Shown here: positions 49,410 to 61,928 of the stretch, in pieces
Layout of the letters: each line of letters starts with the position of its first letter
How positions within the stretch are numbered: position 1 is the stretch's first letter
DNA from: Podarcis pityusensis
Taxonomy: Eukaryota
Strand: one strand, 5' to 3'
Length of the DNA stretch: 64,000 nucleotides
Assembly: GCA_964106645.2 (NCBI GenBank)
Contig: OZ067048.1
Program-made: the position numbers and the translations under genes
Notes under the pieces: generated by a model
Seen by the model: the letters and a program-made list of their open reading frames with translations, nothing else
Told to the model about the DNA's origin: nothing
The model's database searches: none

Positions 49410-49841
49410 TATAATGGTATGGGGTTGCTCGTGCGTAAGTTGCCGCCTCTCCTGGCTATGTTGCCTTGTTAAACCTTTCTGTCTGGACAGCCCTTCAATT
49501 CGTGGCTGCCTCAGTCGCTAGCAGAATCCGTCAGTGGGCGTTTATTAAACCTTTTCCAACATAAAAGTTGTTTGACACCCAGTCTCCTCCTACTTTCTCT
49601 GCGTGGAAGTCTTCTGCGCAGGGAGGGCGTGGGTAGCGGAGGACCAGTGCTCTCCCCGCTGGTGTCCGGTGAAGAGTCTGGGAGCCCTCTCGCCGATTCC
49701 CCCATCTGCCCCTCCTTATTCCTGGTGTTGCACTGAATTGCTTCCCCATCTGCTGAGCTGCCTCTCTCCCTGCTGGGCCCTTCTCCAGCATCATTAGAGA
49801 GCCTTCCCTCCACCTCTAGCTCCGATGTCAGTTCCCTGACA
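49410..49841 (-). mobile_element. Solo LTR (Gypsy-like) inserted in a hAT-like MITE (about 49379-49968)
   Basis: Minus strand TGTCAGGG...CATTATA (degenerate CA end), flanked by 5-bp TSD CAGGG (49405-49409 / 49842-49846). Host ends GCGGTGCTTTTTT / AAAAAAGCACT. Confidence 0.75.
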
Positions 49842-49979
49842 CAGGGGTAGGCATATCCCTAAACATTTTGTGAATCTAAGTTTGGCTTCATTGAGGGGCA
49901 GTATTTCAATATGAGTAGGAAAATGAGAGTGCCCCTAAACATATTTTTTTTTAAGAAAAAAAAGCACTCGGTAGCAGTA

Positions 49980-50231
49980 CAGTGATACCTCTGGATGCAA
50001 ACGGGATCCGTTCCAGAGCCCCGTTCGCATCGTGAAGCGAATGCAACCTGCGTCCGCACATGCGCGGGTCACGATTCGCCGCTTCCGCGCATGCACATGA
50101 CATGATTTTGAGCGTCTGCGCATGCGCAAGCAGCGAAACCCGGAAGTAACGTGCTCCGTTACTTCCGGGTTGCCACAGAGCGCAACCCAAAAATATTCAT
50201 CCCGAAGCTACTTCAACCCGAGGTATGACTG
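49980..50231. mobile_element. Tc1/mariner MITE, CpG-rich family
   Basis: TA|CAGTGATACCTC...GAGGTATGACTG|TA with tgcgcatgcgca internal motifs. Confidence 0.85.
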
Positions 50232-50807
50232 TATGTCTGTAGGAGGAGTACAGAGGCTGTGATTTTCATTCTGGGATCCTGCACATTTCCCCATTCATGC
50301 TAAACAATGGTTTGGCTTAGCATTACGTGAGAACCAGGCAACTGAGTGCAATTTCTAGATAGAACAAGTTAGCAGTGCATTATCTTAGGCTGCCAGAGGA
50401 AGCAACAGAGTGCACCACAGGTTAAGAAAATACTGAAAGTTGTGGTGTTGGCAGGTGCAAAGACAAGAAGGTATCCACCTGCTTGTGATACAGCAGTGGC
50501 AAAGGAGACAACTTTTTGCCTCACTGTTCAATGAATACCGTACTTCCAAAAGTCTCTTCCACCAAGATTTCTGTACAAGAGCCAGTGACGCCATCTGCCT
50601 GGTGAAGCTTCAAGAAATTGCAGGTGAGTCTTGCACAGGAAACTTTAGAACTGAGCTGTTTTAGAACGTTTCATTCCCTGACCTATTTTACCAGGTAAAC
50701 TGCTTTGGGTACTGTTGAAAAGTAGTGTATGGATCTTCCAAGTAGATAAAAATAAATAAATAAGGAGAAGCTCCCTCCCCACTATCCCAAAGAGGTGGTA
50801 CTAGGAG

Positions 50808-51251
50808 CAGGGCAAGATTTAGGTTCGATGAGGCCCTCAGCTACTGAAGGTAATGGGGCCCTTTATATGTCCAGCTGTCCTTTGTCAACAACAAATTGTC
50901 GCTTTTTTTTTGTGTTGAATATATGCTACATGGTAATTTATGGACCTAACAGGTATCTAAAGCCATTTGCACATAACAAAATACATCTTTTATCAAAGTA
51001 ATTGATATGGAAATGAGCAAACCAGTGATGTTTTAGAGAGCAGGGTAGCAGGGGGGGGGGTCCCATTACTTACATCATAGGAGCCTACACAAAACAAAAC
51101 ACTGTTGCTGTATGTAGGTTTTATTTTGTTTTTTATCTTATATTTTGGAAATGTACATGCAGTTCTTTTTTCCTTTAAATTTTTTGGAGGGCCCCAAGAG
51201 AGTGGGGCCCTAAGCTATAGCTTGTTTAGCTTATACGTAAATCTGGCACTG
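50808..51251. mobile_element. hAT non-autonomous element
   Basis: CAGGGCAAGATTTA / TAAATCTGGCACTG TIRs; 8-bp TSD ACTAGGAG/ACCAGGAG (1 mismatch). Confidence 0.8.
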
Positions 51252-52817
51252 ACCAGGAGGGTAACTGGGCTCTGACTTTAAAAACCATCAATGAAGAAGT
51301 GGTTTTTTATTTTATTTTTAATAAAAGATGCAAAGAAATCTCCAGAGCAAGAAACGCAATGTGTAGCAATTCAATATGGGGGAGAATCATTCCAAGGCAT
51401 GTGGAATTTAAATAAAGCTGTATCAGCAGGGGGGGAAAGGCCGGCACAATAGTTGAATCTCCTGAAAAGACAGGGGACTTAATGACAAGAGGTACAGATT
51501 TAATGCCAAATTTAATACGAGGTTTTGGGAAGCGGTAAGGGAGGAAACAAAGCCAGCCAGCCAGCCAAACTTCAGTCATGAAGGAACACAGCCTAGAAAC
51601 AAACAAATAAATAAATAAAACCCAAAGATTTAATTAACTGCCTTAATTGGGCAGGGGGGAAGAACAGCGCCTGTCAACTTTACATACGCTGCAACGGCAG
51701 GAGACCCTTTTAGCATAAGCCAGAACACCTAGAGAGTTATTAGAGACCACATGCCTTTCATGTTACTCAGTTTAAAAAAAAAAAGTTCAGATGCCTATTT
51801 GTGAGATCAACACAAGGAGATGGACACTGATTTTTTTTTTTTTTTTTTTTTTGAATTAAGGAGAAATTTAATTATTTCAGCCATACTGAGCTGCGCTGAA
51901 CAGAGCTCTCCTTGAGGGGTTTTAACAATTAGCAACGGTTGGCATATCTGGGATCGAACGAGAAAGTAAATGGATACAGAGATCTTTTTGTTCTCCTGCT
52001 CACATAAATACTAGCACACCGAAATAATGAGGTCGCTGATGTTAAAAATAATTAACATAAAAACATTGGGTGCCAGTTTCATCAGTGGCACTTTTTTTAA
52101 TTGATCGAAAGTCTTTTGGGCTGCAATCCTGTACCCACTTACCTGGGAGTAAGTCCCAATTAACGCAATGGAGCTTGCTGTTGAGCAATGAGCATAGAAC
52201 TGCACTATGCATTGAGGTAATAGATAAATCATCGCTGCAGCTCTCCATGATAATAATGTAATATCGCTAATATATTTTAATTGATTCTCCATTAACTGAT
52301 TGTTTACTAGTAGGATTCTGTGAAACCATGCTGTAAGGCACCTTAAATGCTTCTTCTGAAATAAAAAAGAAAGGCAGCATACAATTTTTCCAATTAAGTT
52401 TTACCCAGCATAGTCCTATTGAAATTAATAGGCCTAACCTAACCATGTTTAGCTATTTCAGTGAATCTACACTTAACTGAATTTAAATTTTAAAAATGTT
52501 CTAATGGCAGGGTTATATACAATACAATATTGATTGAATGTAAGTCTCAGTAAGAAATAGTCCTTTTTTAAAGCCATTATACCAAAAGGTAAGAATTCAA
52601 GTTGCCTGGGCATGCTCAATGGCCACAGAATGCTGACTGTTGTGTGGGTGGCGGGAATGGAATGGAGTATCCTAGAAAAGGGCAAAAATAGGTGCACTCC
52701 ACACTGCGACATTTTGATCCCTACATTGTATCCTATATCTGAAACACGTAAATCTACAATTGTAAATGAGAACGTGATTGGTATTTGGCAATTTCCATGC
52801 ATAAGCACATTTTTAAA

Positions 52818-53139
52818 AAGGTAAAGGACTCCTGGATGGTTAAGTGCAGTCAAAGGCTACTATGGGGTTGCGGCGTTCATCTCACTTTCAGGCCGAGGGA
52901 GCCAGCATTTGTCCACAGACAGCTTCCCAGGTCATGTGGCCAGCATGACTAAACCGCTTCTGGTGCAACGGGACACCGTGACGGAAACCAGAGTGCACGG
53001 AAATGCCGTTTACCTTTCCGCCACAGCAGTACCTATTTATCTATTTGCACTGGTGTGCTTTTGAACTGCTAGGTTGGTAGGAGCTGGAACAAAGCAACGG
53101 GAACACACTCCATCACGGGGATTTGAACCGCGGACTTTC
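52818..53139 (-). mobile_element. Sauria SINE, divergent subfamily, 5'-truncated
   Basis: ggtcatgtggccagcatgactaa core and aaggtaaagg tail. Confidence 0.85.
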
Positions 53140-54604
53140 ATCTAACACGTCGAGGTGAAAAACGGGGATGCCGTCTTCCAGGGCCGCACTCCTGCATGAA
53201 TCACGTGACTTGATTGAGATCGTGCCCCACCCAAAAAGCGCTTTTTCAGGGTGAAATCACACGAGATCGCAGTGCCTAAAACGGCTGCTGTGCTCTCGCG
53301 TTCTTGACGGCATTCCGAGGTGAACTGTGCTACTCAGATTGAAGCTAGTCTTCAAGGTCTCAGGCAGAGAGAGGTCTGTCACCTCCCCTAATCCAGCAAG
53401 TGCGTTCAGAGCCAAACTAGGACTTGTTGCTGTGCAATGTGTGAAATGCCCCCACAGGCCCTTTGCCAAAACCCATTTATCTTCTCTCCATCTTAATGAA
53501 ACAGGAAGAATGATGCTTTCTCAGATCCGTACTAATTGGCTTTCTAATTCTCATGAATGGGATGCTTCACATAGTTAAAAAGGAAGCTAACGTTAGCCTG
53601 CCAGCCTGCCTGCCTGCAGGCAGTCTCAAAGAGCTTAGCGAAATGCGAGTTGTAATAGCTAGGTATTCACATTACAACTTTCAAAGCAACCACAAATACT
53701 CTCTCTTGGCCACTTAGGTTTGCCTAGGAAACCAGTCAGACAATAGTATTTCATTAAAGCAGATGCATTCTTATCCTGCTTTTCTGAACTTCTCTCCTTT
53801 TAAGGTTAATAACTCTCCCCTCGGGGTAAAAGGGTGGGCAAGTCTATTAGCAATGTTTGTGCAACCAGCTGGGTACACTGAACACTTGATGGTGTGCAAA
53901 CATTTATTACTTAATTCCCACAACCCTCCTGGGGAAAAAACAGGTTCGTGGAACTATCCTGCACAGGAAGCTGCCTTAGGTTGTCATCCAGACTTGCCCT
54001 TGTCCTGCTGCCCTTCCCCTGAGGAAACCCGATCTTTACCGTTGAATCAGAGCAAACGTCAATGAGTTTTCTCCAGATGGACGACTGCTCTGGTTTATCA
54101 CTAAGAGTGGGTTTTCTGGGGGAAAGCTGTGGGGCAAGGGCAAAACTGCCGAGACCCATACCTCGAAAGCACGGGATAAGCCAAAAACTGGACGAAAGAC
54201 ACAGAAAACGAAGTCATCTGCACACTCCTAATCCAAGACAGAAACATTCAATCCATTGTTGTTTCAATAGGGTTTAAACTTGGGTGGGTGGTGTTTTATT
54301 TGGAGGGTTTTTTTGTTTTAAATTGTTGTTAAATGCTATATGTTAATTTGTATTTTTGTATTTGTGGGCGGAGTATGGTTTAGGGGCTTTTGTTGGGAAC
54401 TGTATTGTTTATTAGTGTGCATACATTAGGATTGCTAATTGTTTCAATTATTGTTATTGTGTTTTTTATTATGTGTTTTGTGGCTTGATTGTTTTTATTA
54501 TGTATTTTCTACTTCGAATATTGTAACTTTGAACCTCCCTGAGACCTATGGGTATAGGGAGGCATAATAAATAACAACAACAACAACAACAACAACATTA
54601 CAAT

Positions 54605-54772
54605 TGTCACATCCACACCATACATTTAAAGAACACAGCTTCCACTGAAGAATCCCTGTAGTTTATCAACAGAGCTACAAGTCCCATCACCCTTAACAAA
54701 CTAGAGTTCTTAGGATTCTTGGGGAATCATGTGTTTGGAACATTCTTTATATGTATGGTTTGGATGTGACCA
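54605..54772. mobile_element. Palindromic PIF/Harbinger-like MITE
   Basis: gtcacatccacaccataca / tgtatggtttggatgtgac; relatives at about 3050-3215 and 19925-20110. Confidence 0.6.
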
Positions 54773-54811
54773 TCGGGGTCATGTCACAAGAACAGCAATG
54801 AGCAGCTAAAA

Positions 54812-54992
54812 AAGATGTGGCTCTGTGATGCTTTGCATGCAAAACGTCCTACGTTCGAGCCCTGGCATCTCCAGGGAGGTCCCAGAGGGAAACTGAGTCA
54901 ACCCTCGGGAGGCATTGCCAGGCAGTGTAGACCGGGCTGAGCTAGATACACCAATGATTTGACACAGTATAAGGTAGCTTCTTATGGTCCTA
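54812..54992 (+). mobile_element. tRNA-derived SINE with CR1-like tail
   Basis: gctttgcatgca...gttcgagccctggcatctccagg...cagtataaggtagcttcttatg. Confidence 0.7.
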
Positions 54993-55412
54993 CAAATTAC
55001 CCTGCACCGTTTACCCATCTTGTCTGCCAAGCTATTTAACAAGCTGTTGGAAGATGTCATCAGGAGATCTGGAATGAGATGTCACCAGCATGTGGGTGGC
55101 ACCCAGCTTCCTCTCTCTGAACCATGTGAATGAGAAATGGTTGAGGTGCTAGATCCGTGCCTAGAGCGAAGGAGTGGATGTGGGCCAACATATTGAAATG
55201 CAATCCAGACAAAGCAGAGGTGTTAAGCATTTCACATTCTCAGATCTGAAAGGTGGGGAGGCACCCTGCTCTGGACCGGGTTGCAGTCCCCTGGAAGGAA
55301 CAGTTGCATAGCTTTGGGTTATACCTGCATCCAACATTGCCACTAGCTCAGGTAGGTCTATTTCCAGTTTAGTCTGGTTTACAAACTGCAGCCTTATTGG
55401 GACAGAGATGAC

Positions 55413-55484
55413 CATAGCTGTCAACTTTTTCCTATTCAGAATAAGGGAATTTATCTTTAAAAAAGGGAAACGTTGACAGCTATG
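55413..55484. mobile_element. 72-bp hAT MITE
   Basis: TIR CATAGCTGTCAAC / GTTGACAGCTATG; perfect 8-bp TSD GAGATGAC. Confidence 0.88.
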
Positions 55485-55575
55485 GAGATGACTTAGCCAT
55501 TGTACTCATGCTCTGGTAACCTCTAGACTGCTGCAATGTGCTCTACCTGGGACTTTCCTTGAAAACTGCTTAGAA

Positions 55576-55713
55576 CAGCCTTTCTCAACCTGTGGGTCCC
55601 CAGATGTTGTTGAACTACAACTCCCATCACCCCTAGCTAGCAAGGCCAGAGCTCAGGGATGATGGGAGTTGTAGTCCAACAACATCTGGGGACCCACAGA
55701 TTGAGAACCGCTG
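55576..55713. mobile_element. hAT MITE, near-perfect hairpin
   Basis: CAGCCTTTCTCAA...TTGAGAACCGCTG; perfect 8-bp TSD GCTTAGAA. Confidence 0.93.
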
Positions 55714-56681
55714 GCTTAGAAACTTTAACAGATGCAGACTGCAGCAGCCAAGTCATTGTTGAGCACAAATAACATCTGTTTAGCTTCGGAGCCCAACTCA
55801 AGGTTTTCACATTAGTGTTTGAAGCCCGAAATGACTTGGACCCCAAATATCTGAAATGGAGTTTCCCTTTCTATAGAACGGCTTGGGAATTAAGATCAAT
55901 GGAGTACAGTTCCACCCCTCTCAGAGATTCAGGGGGCGGTGGCTTGGGACAGAGTCTTCTCAGTGATGGCCCAAGGAATGTGGCGTTTCCTCCCCAGAGA
56001 GGTGCATCTGGGACAGGTCCTTTCAGCTACTGAAGACACACCTCTTGCTCCTGGCTTTAGGAAACTGAAGAACTGATTGTGGTGCCCTCCCTGTAATGTG
56101 TTGTATGAAATTCTTGTTTTCGGGGGTTATGGGTGAAGTCAGTGTTGTTCGTTTTAATTGGATTGTGTTTTGAGACTTCCTGCTGAAGAGCAGGTAAGAA
56201 ATACATCACCACCGTCTGCTCCACCTGGGAACAAACTAGAAGTAAAGGCAGGTATGTAAGGAGGGTTATTCCATGATCAGAATAGCAAGAGAGATGAATG
56301 ATTTAGGACAGCCTAGTTCTGGGAAGAAAAAGGGTGCAACAATGGAAGATCAGGGTGACTAAGGTTGCAGGAATCAAGACGAGAGGTGACCAAAGTTTTT
56401 GCCAAGTTCAACATTCTGCAGTGCTGCAACGGGAGAATTGACAAGTCTTGACAATAGGAAGTGAAGCAGAAAGAGGAGTTAAATTTAAAGTCAAGGCTCC
56501 ATGCCTATAGTAGCAGTAGCGGAAAGGTTGTGGCTGAGTGGTAGAGAACATGCATTCAGGAAGTCCCAGTTCAATCTCCAACATCTCCAGGTAAGGGCTG
56601 AGAATGTCTGAAACCTGGAGAGCTGCTGGCAGTCAGTGTGGACAATACTGAGCTAAATGGACCAATGTTCTGACTCAGTAT

Positions 56682-57393
56682 TGTGATAGGAATTTTATGG
56701 TCTTAGATATATGCCAATATTCATAAGTGTACCAACCAAGTGCACCATAGATCAGCACAGGAAGACCAACCTGGAACCATTTTGATTCCCAAACTAACCA
56801 AATGTTTTCTCTACAAGGTCAAAGTGGGAAACCTCCCCATTGTCTCTTTCCTCACAAATCCTGTCTGAAGGGCACATTTAAGATATGAATAGGGTGTGAG
56901 CCTGTGACCTGGCCCAGGAACTAAATATTTATCATTACAAAAGACCGGCCAAGCTACCCAGGCAATCCAATCAAGTAACCTGCCAGACAGGAGATAAACA
57001 ACGACAGGAGAAAAACAGCATTCAAATTTCTGTTTTAGACCGCCTTTTCTGTGATGTAGGTGTGATGTATCTGAGGGGTGGTCTTAGGTTACACCCCTTC
57101 TGTGATGTATGTATGATGTTTCTGGGGGTGGTCTTGATCTACAGGGTGGCAATTTCAAAAGTCTTTATAAGGCCTTGCACACCATTTTTCTGGGTTCCTC
57201 CTCTCTCCTGCGGGTGAGGGGAGCACCCTGTTGCAACAGATCAATAAAGATGAAGCTTACTAGCTGCTTTGCTTCTCAATATTCTCTGGTTGGCCTCTGT
57301 TATTTTCTCCTACCAATAGGGAACCTGTGTAAGGACTCTATATGGGCTCTTGGATACCCCATAAGGGAAAGGGGCAAATTTTTGTTTATAACA
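56682..57393 (+). mobile_element. Solo LTR (ERV1-like, 712 bp) inserted in a tRNA SINE
   Basis: TGTGATA...TATAACA termini; 4-bp TSD GTAT (56678-56681 / 57394-57397); TATA-like ctttataa near 57163, AATAAA near 57243. The host SINE resumes after 57397. Confidence 0.85.
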
Positions 57394-58453
57394 GTATACA
57401 GCATCTTCCTGTGTTCTAAGTGATTTTTAACAAGGCTGAATTAACTGGTAGTTATCCAGAAGGTTGACTGGAAGAATATCCCTCATCTGAGTACGTTTAG
57501 ATTTTAGTGTTTCTTTGTGGTAGGAATCTGCAAACATTTAATCCACCAAGTGGTACAACGTGCGTGTGAGTCATGTTACCAAAGTAATACAATCCCTCCC
57601 AACAATGAGAAACCACCCTGCAAGGTGCCTTAATTCAGCAAACAGGCTCTAACTTGTGGTGCAGGGAAAGTCACATTACTCGCTCCTGAAAGCTCTAATT
57701 TATTGGGAGGATACTGGCTTGTTTCTTCTGCCAGCCACGAAGAATCAAAGCTGCTGGCTGTTAATTACCTGTATTTCCTGAAAGAGGAACAACCAAGAAC
57801 TCAGAAAAAGCTGCCCATCCCATCTGTGCCTAGCAATTCTGAAACTGTTGGCCAAGATTTCTCATAGGGTGGGCTCTGAGGATTTCCTCCATTAAAATAA
57901 AATAAAAAAGGGGTCAAGCTTCATTCCACTCTGAGCAAGTGAAGGGAATATTAAAATAACCCTGGGTAGGAACTCTAGTACTCCAGGACCGACAAGTAAT
58001 TAAGCCAGGCTGTCTTTGCAAGTGCTGAGAACACATCAATCAACTTGCTTTTGACAAACATTTGCTGGACGATGAGAGAAGGTTTGTTTGTATGTGTGCA
58101 TGCATAGCCTCCTAATTAAAACTGAACCTACGCTACAAGCAATGTATTGTTTATTTACTTCTGTGCCAGCAATTAACATAAAAAAGTTCTCTGGGTAGTT
58201 CACTAATAAAAGGCAAATCTGTGGAGTGTAAAAAAAGAAGAAAGGAAATAAAATATAACGCAGCCATGAGATCCTACACAGCTACGACAGGATCAGAACA
58301 AAACTAGCAACGGAGAACAAAAATAGTCTGCAGAACTTTTGAAAAGCAATAACGAAAGAGCTGGGGGAGGGGGGAAATCTTCATCTGGCACAAAAAGGGC
58401 CACAATTTTAGAATCATGGAATTGTAGAGTTAGAAATAACCATTAATACATCT

Positions 58454-58842
58454 CCGAGCACAATTCAAAGTGTTGGTGATGACCTTTAAAGCTCTAAATG
58501 GCCTCGGCCCAGTATACCTGAAGGAGCGTCTCCACCTCCATCATTCTACCCAGACACTGAGGTCCAGGTCCGAGGGCCTTCTGGCGGTTCCCTCACTGCG
58601 AGAAGCCAAGTTACAGGGAACCAGGCAGAGGGCCTTCTCGGTAGTGGCACCCGCCCTGTGGAACGCCCTCCCACCAGATGTCAAAGAGAAAAACAACTAC
58701 CAGACTTTTAGAAGACATCTGAAGGCAGCCCTGTTTAGGGGAGCTTTTAATGTTAAATAGACTATTGTATTTTAATATTCTGTTGGAAGCCACCCAGAGT
58801 GGCTGGGGAAACCCAGCCAGATGGGCAGGGTATAAATAATAA

Positions 58843-58878
<36 letters not shown>

Positions 58879-58880
58879 GT
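58454..58880 (+). mobile_element. Young L2 3' fragment inserted in a Squam3-like SINE
   Basis: Open frame FKVLVMTFKALNGLGPVYLKERL...RAFSVVAPALWNALP...FRRHLKAALF; (att)n tail; flanking CATCT repeat. Confidence 0.88.
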
Positions 58881-60021
58881 CATCTAGTCCAGCAGGAATC
58901 TTTTGCCCAATGTGGGGCTTGAACTTATAAACCTGAGATTAAGAGTCTCGTGCTCTATTGCCTGAGCTATGCTGGAGGTGCTTGGTGAGCCACTCAGGAG
59001 TGTAGTCACGCCCTCTTCTCCATAGGAGCCCTCTGCATCATCACATTTGGTTGGGGAACTTAGAGAAGGGCCTATGGAAATGATCTTGGTGGAAGACCTT
59101 CAGGCAACCTGGCTCCAAGCCTTAAAAGGACTTCTAAGGTTCATGCAAGCAGAAACAAGTATCAGCCAAATGAATGAATCAGTAAAGGCAACTTTCCCAG
59201 ATCCATAGGGTGGCATTCCGCTTTACTCAGAGCAGACCCACTCAAATTAATGGGCCTCACTTGGTCATGTTCATTAACCTCAGCTGAACACCACCCATGT
59301 TGTTTCCCTATCCTGATTCCTCAGAATGCAATCTCCCCATTGGCCGAGGGCCACTTTGGAATTTCCTTCTCGGGTAATCAGGAGGGGAGTGCACACCACT
59401 CTTCACTACACAGGAACATAGGAAGTGGCATTGTAGTGAGTCAGACCATTTATCCATCTAGCTGAGTATTATCAACACTCAATGGCAAAGTACACCCACT
59501 GAAACTAATGGGTCTAATTTTAGTATGACGGTAGGGTAAGGGCCATAGGTTCTCCATTGTCTCAAGACAGGGTTGTCTCCCATGCCTATCAGCAGATGTC
59601 ACGGACTGAACCCACTCAAATTAAACTCATTAGTTTCAATGAGTGTGCTCTCGGTAAAATCTTAGTTGGAGATAACACCATTCACCGAATTCAGTGACAT
59701 TATTTGCAAACTAACCAACCAATTTCCATGTGCATATGTGACAACTGGATGATCTGTCTGTATTCACACAGAGGGTGGCTGATACCACCAATAAATAACG
59801 TGGGGTTTTTTGTTAAATCATTTTTATTAATTTTCCAATAAAAAACATCCAATTAACTTATCAAATCATAATCCAATTAAAATAAAAAACTAAAATAAAA
59901 AAGACCAAATTATAATTATTAATTTTTCAGGACTTCCCATAGTCTGGACCTTGAAGCATATCTCCAAATCTCAGTCCTGCCTCTCCTTGTTGTTTCCTTA
60001 TTTTCCACATCTCGATTTAAC

Positions 60022-60635
60022 ATTCAATGCCAAGATGAAGGTCTATCAGGTGTACGTTTTAAGCACGCTGCTTTATGGAAGTGAGTCATGGGCAGCTTAC
60101 AACCATCAGGAGTGACATCTTCCACATGCACTGCGTCGGGAGGATTTTGGGTATCAAATGGCAGGACAGAGTTTCATAAAAAGATGTGCTCTCCCAGGCC
60201 ACATCCCCAGCATGTCCGCACTCCTGTCTCAGTCATGTCAACAGAATGGAGGCACCAGGCCCATAGGCAAACCAACTCTGTCTTACAGAGATGTCTGCAA
60301 ATGGAACATGAAGGCTGTCAACAACCACCCTCCCATGTGGGAATCCCTTGCAGACGACCCACAGTGCCTGGAGACAGGAGACAGGCAGTCAAGTAATGTA
60401 TCCACAGCAGTGACCAGAGGAGGAATGACCACTGGAAAGAGGGCAAAGAGAAGAAACGCCTTGGTGCATCTGCAGCAGCACAACCGGATCCCTTCATCTG
60501 CCCCAGCTGCAACAAAACATGTCTCTCCTGTATCGGTCTCTGCAGCCACAGCAGGCGCTGCAACCTTCCAACAGTATGACTTCACCCCGAAAGCTCATTA
60601 CTTTGTTATCTTCTGAGACGGATGGATGCCAACAA
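60022..60635 (+). mobile_element. RTE-clade LINE 3' fragment (not Bov-B), decayed
   Basis: KMKVYQ..LSTLLYGSESW motif; C-terminal zinc knuckle FICPSCNKTCLSCIGLCSHSRRC; tail gagacggatggatgccaacaa. Confidence 0.8.
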
Positions 60636-61215
60636 TGTGGCAACTGGATGATCTGTCTCTGCAGTCACATACGAGGCTGGCTGAGGCAGAGACGCTGCTC
60701 CAAGTGCACATCTACTGTCTATCCATTGGGACGTATTATGAAGAAGGATAGGAACCTAAGAAGCTCCCTTATACTGGGCTTTGACCATTGGTTCATTTAG
60801 TTCAGTAACACTGAAGCTCTAACACTGAGTTACACTCCTCATCCCAACCAGCCCTTTGCATTACGTCCTCAGAATCAAAACCTTATGTCTGCAGTCGTTG
60901 TGACACCACTAGCAGTATTATCTCCAGCCCAGCTAAAGCAACCTCACTTTACTACAGCAACTTTCACAGACTTAGCAAAGCGGCCACACTTTATTACAGC
61001 CAGCCAATGGAGCATGCAGACTTTCAATCTGCACAGAACTCATATTGGAATGGATGTTTGGGGTAGGAAGAGAGGTGTTTCTGAGAGAGGGAACGGCGTT
61101 AGATAAGACAGTAACACAGCGAGCTCTGAAACAGAAATCGTTTTGCTGGAGCTGTGCCACGTATTTAAGTTCTCAAGTTAACACAGAAGCCTTTTAGGTC
61201 CCTACTCGTGTGAAG

Positions 61216-61343
61216 AATCATAGAACTGCAGAGCTGGAAGGGACGTCAAAGATCATATAGTCCAACCCACTGCAATGCAGCTGTCTCATATGGGGATTGA
61301 ACCTGCGACCTTGGTGTTATCAGCACCAGGCTCTAACCAACTG
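61216..61343 (-). mobile_element. Squam3-like SINE
   Basis: agaatcatagaa tail; ggggattgaacctgcgaccttggtgttatcagcacc head. Confidence 0.8.
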
Positions 61344-61610
61344 TCCCCTCAGGTGGGGAAAGCGCAAAAGGGAAGCAAACAGACTGAGGAGAAGGACACA
61401 CTCTGAGTGGTGCCCCATCACTGCACCACCGCCCATGCCAGCTGCTCAGGGCTTCAGTTGTAACTTCATTATTATTATTTGTGGATTTATATACTGCTTA
61501 ATGACAACAGTTTCTGCAGCAGGGAACTTTTTCTGTTTGTGGAAGCTCCACAGGTGACTTGGAATCCAGATTTCCAGATGTCTAAGTGGGAAGGACAAAG
61601 GTCGAACTTT

Positions 61611-61928
61611 AGGCTTGCCGATCAGAAGGTCGGCGGTTCGAATCCCCGCGACAGGGTGAGCTCCCGTTGCTCGGTCCCTGCTCCTGCCAACCTAGCAGTT
61701 CGAAAGCATGTCAAAGTGCAAGTAGATAAATAGGTACCACTCCAGCGGGAAGGTAAATGGCGTTTCCGTGCGCTGCTCTGGTTTACCAGAAGCGGCTTAG
61801 TCATGTTGGCCACATGACCTGGAAGCTGTATGCCGGCTCCCTCGACCAATAAAGCGAGATGAGCGCCACAACCCCAGAGTCAGCCACGACTGGACCTAAT
61901 GGTCAAGGGTCCCTTTACCTTTACCTTT
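61611..61928 (+). mobile_element. Sauria SINE, slightly 5'-truncated
   Basis: Matches the 10064 copy; ccctttacctttacctt tail. Confidence 0.92.

Larger units (their letters stand above)
55000..56200 (+). mobile_element. Old L2 ORF2/3' fragment hosting two hAT MITEs
   Basis: Decayed L2 motifs (NPDKAE, VHALVTSRLD, LGPKYLK, AFSV.AP..W). Confidence 0.65.
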
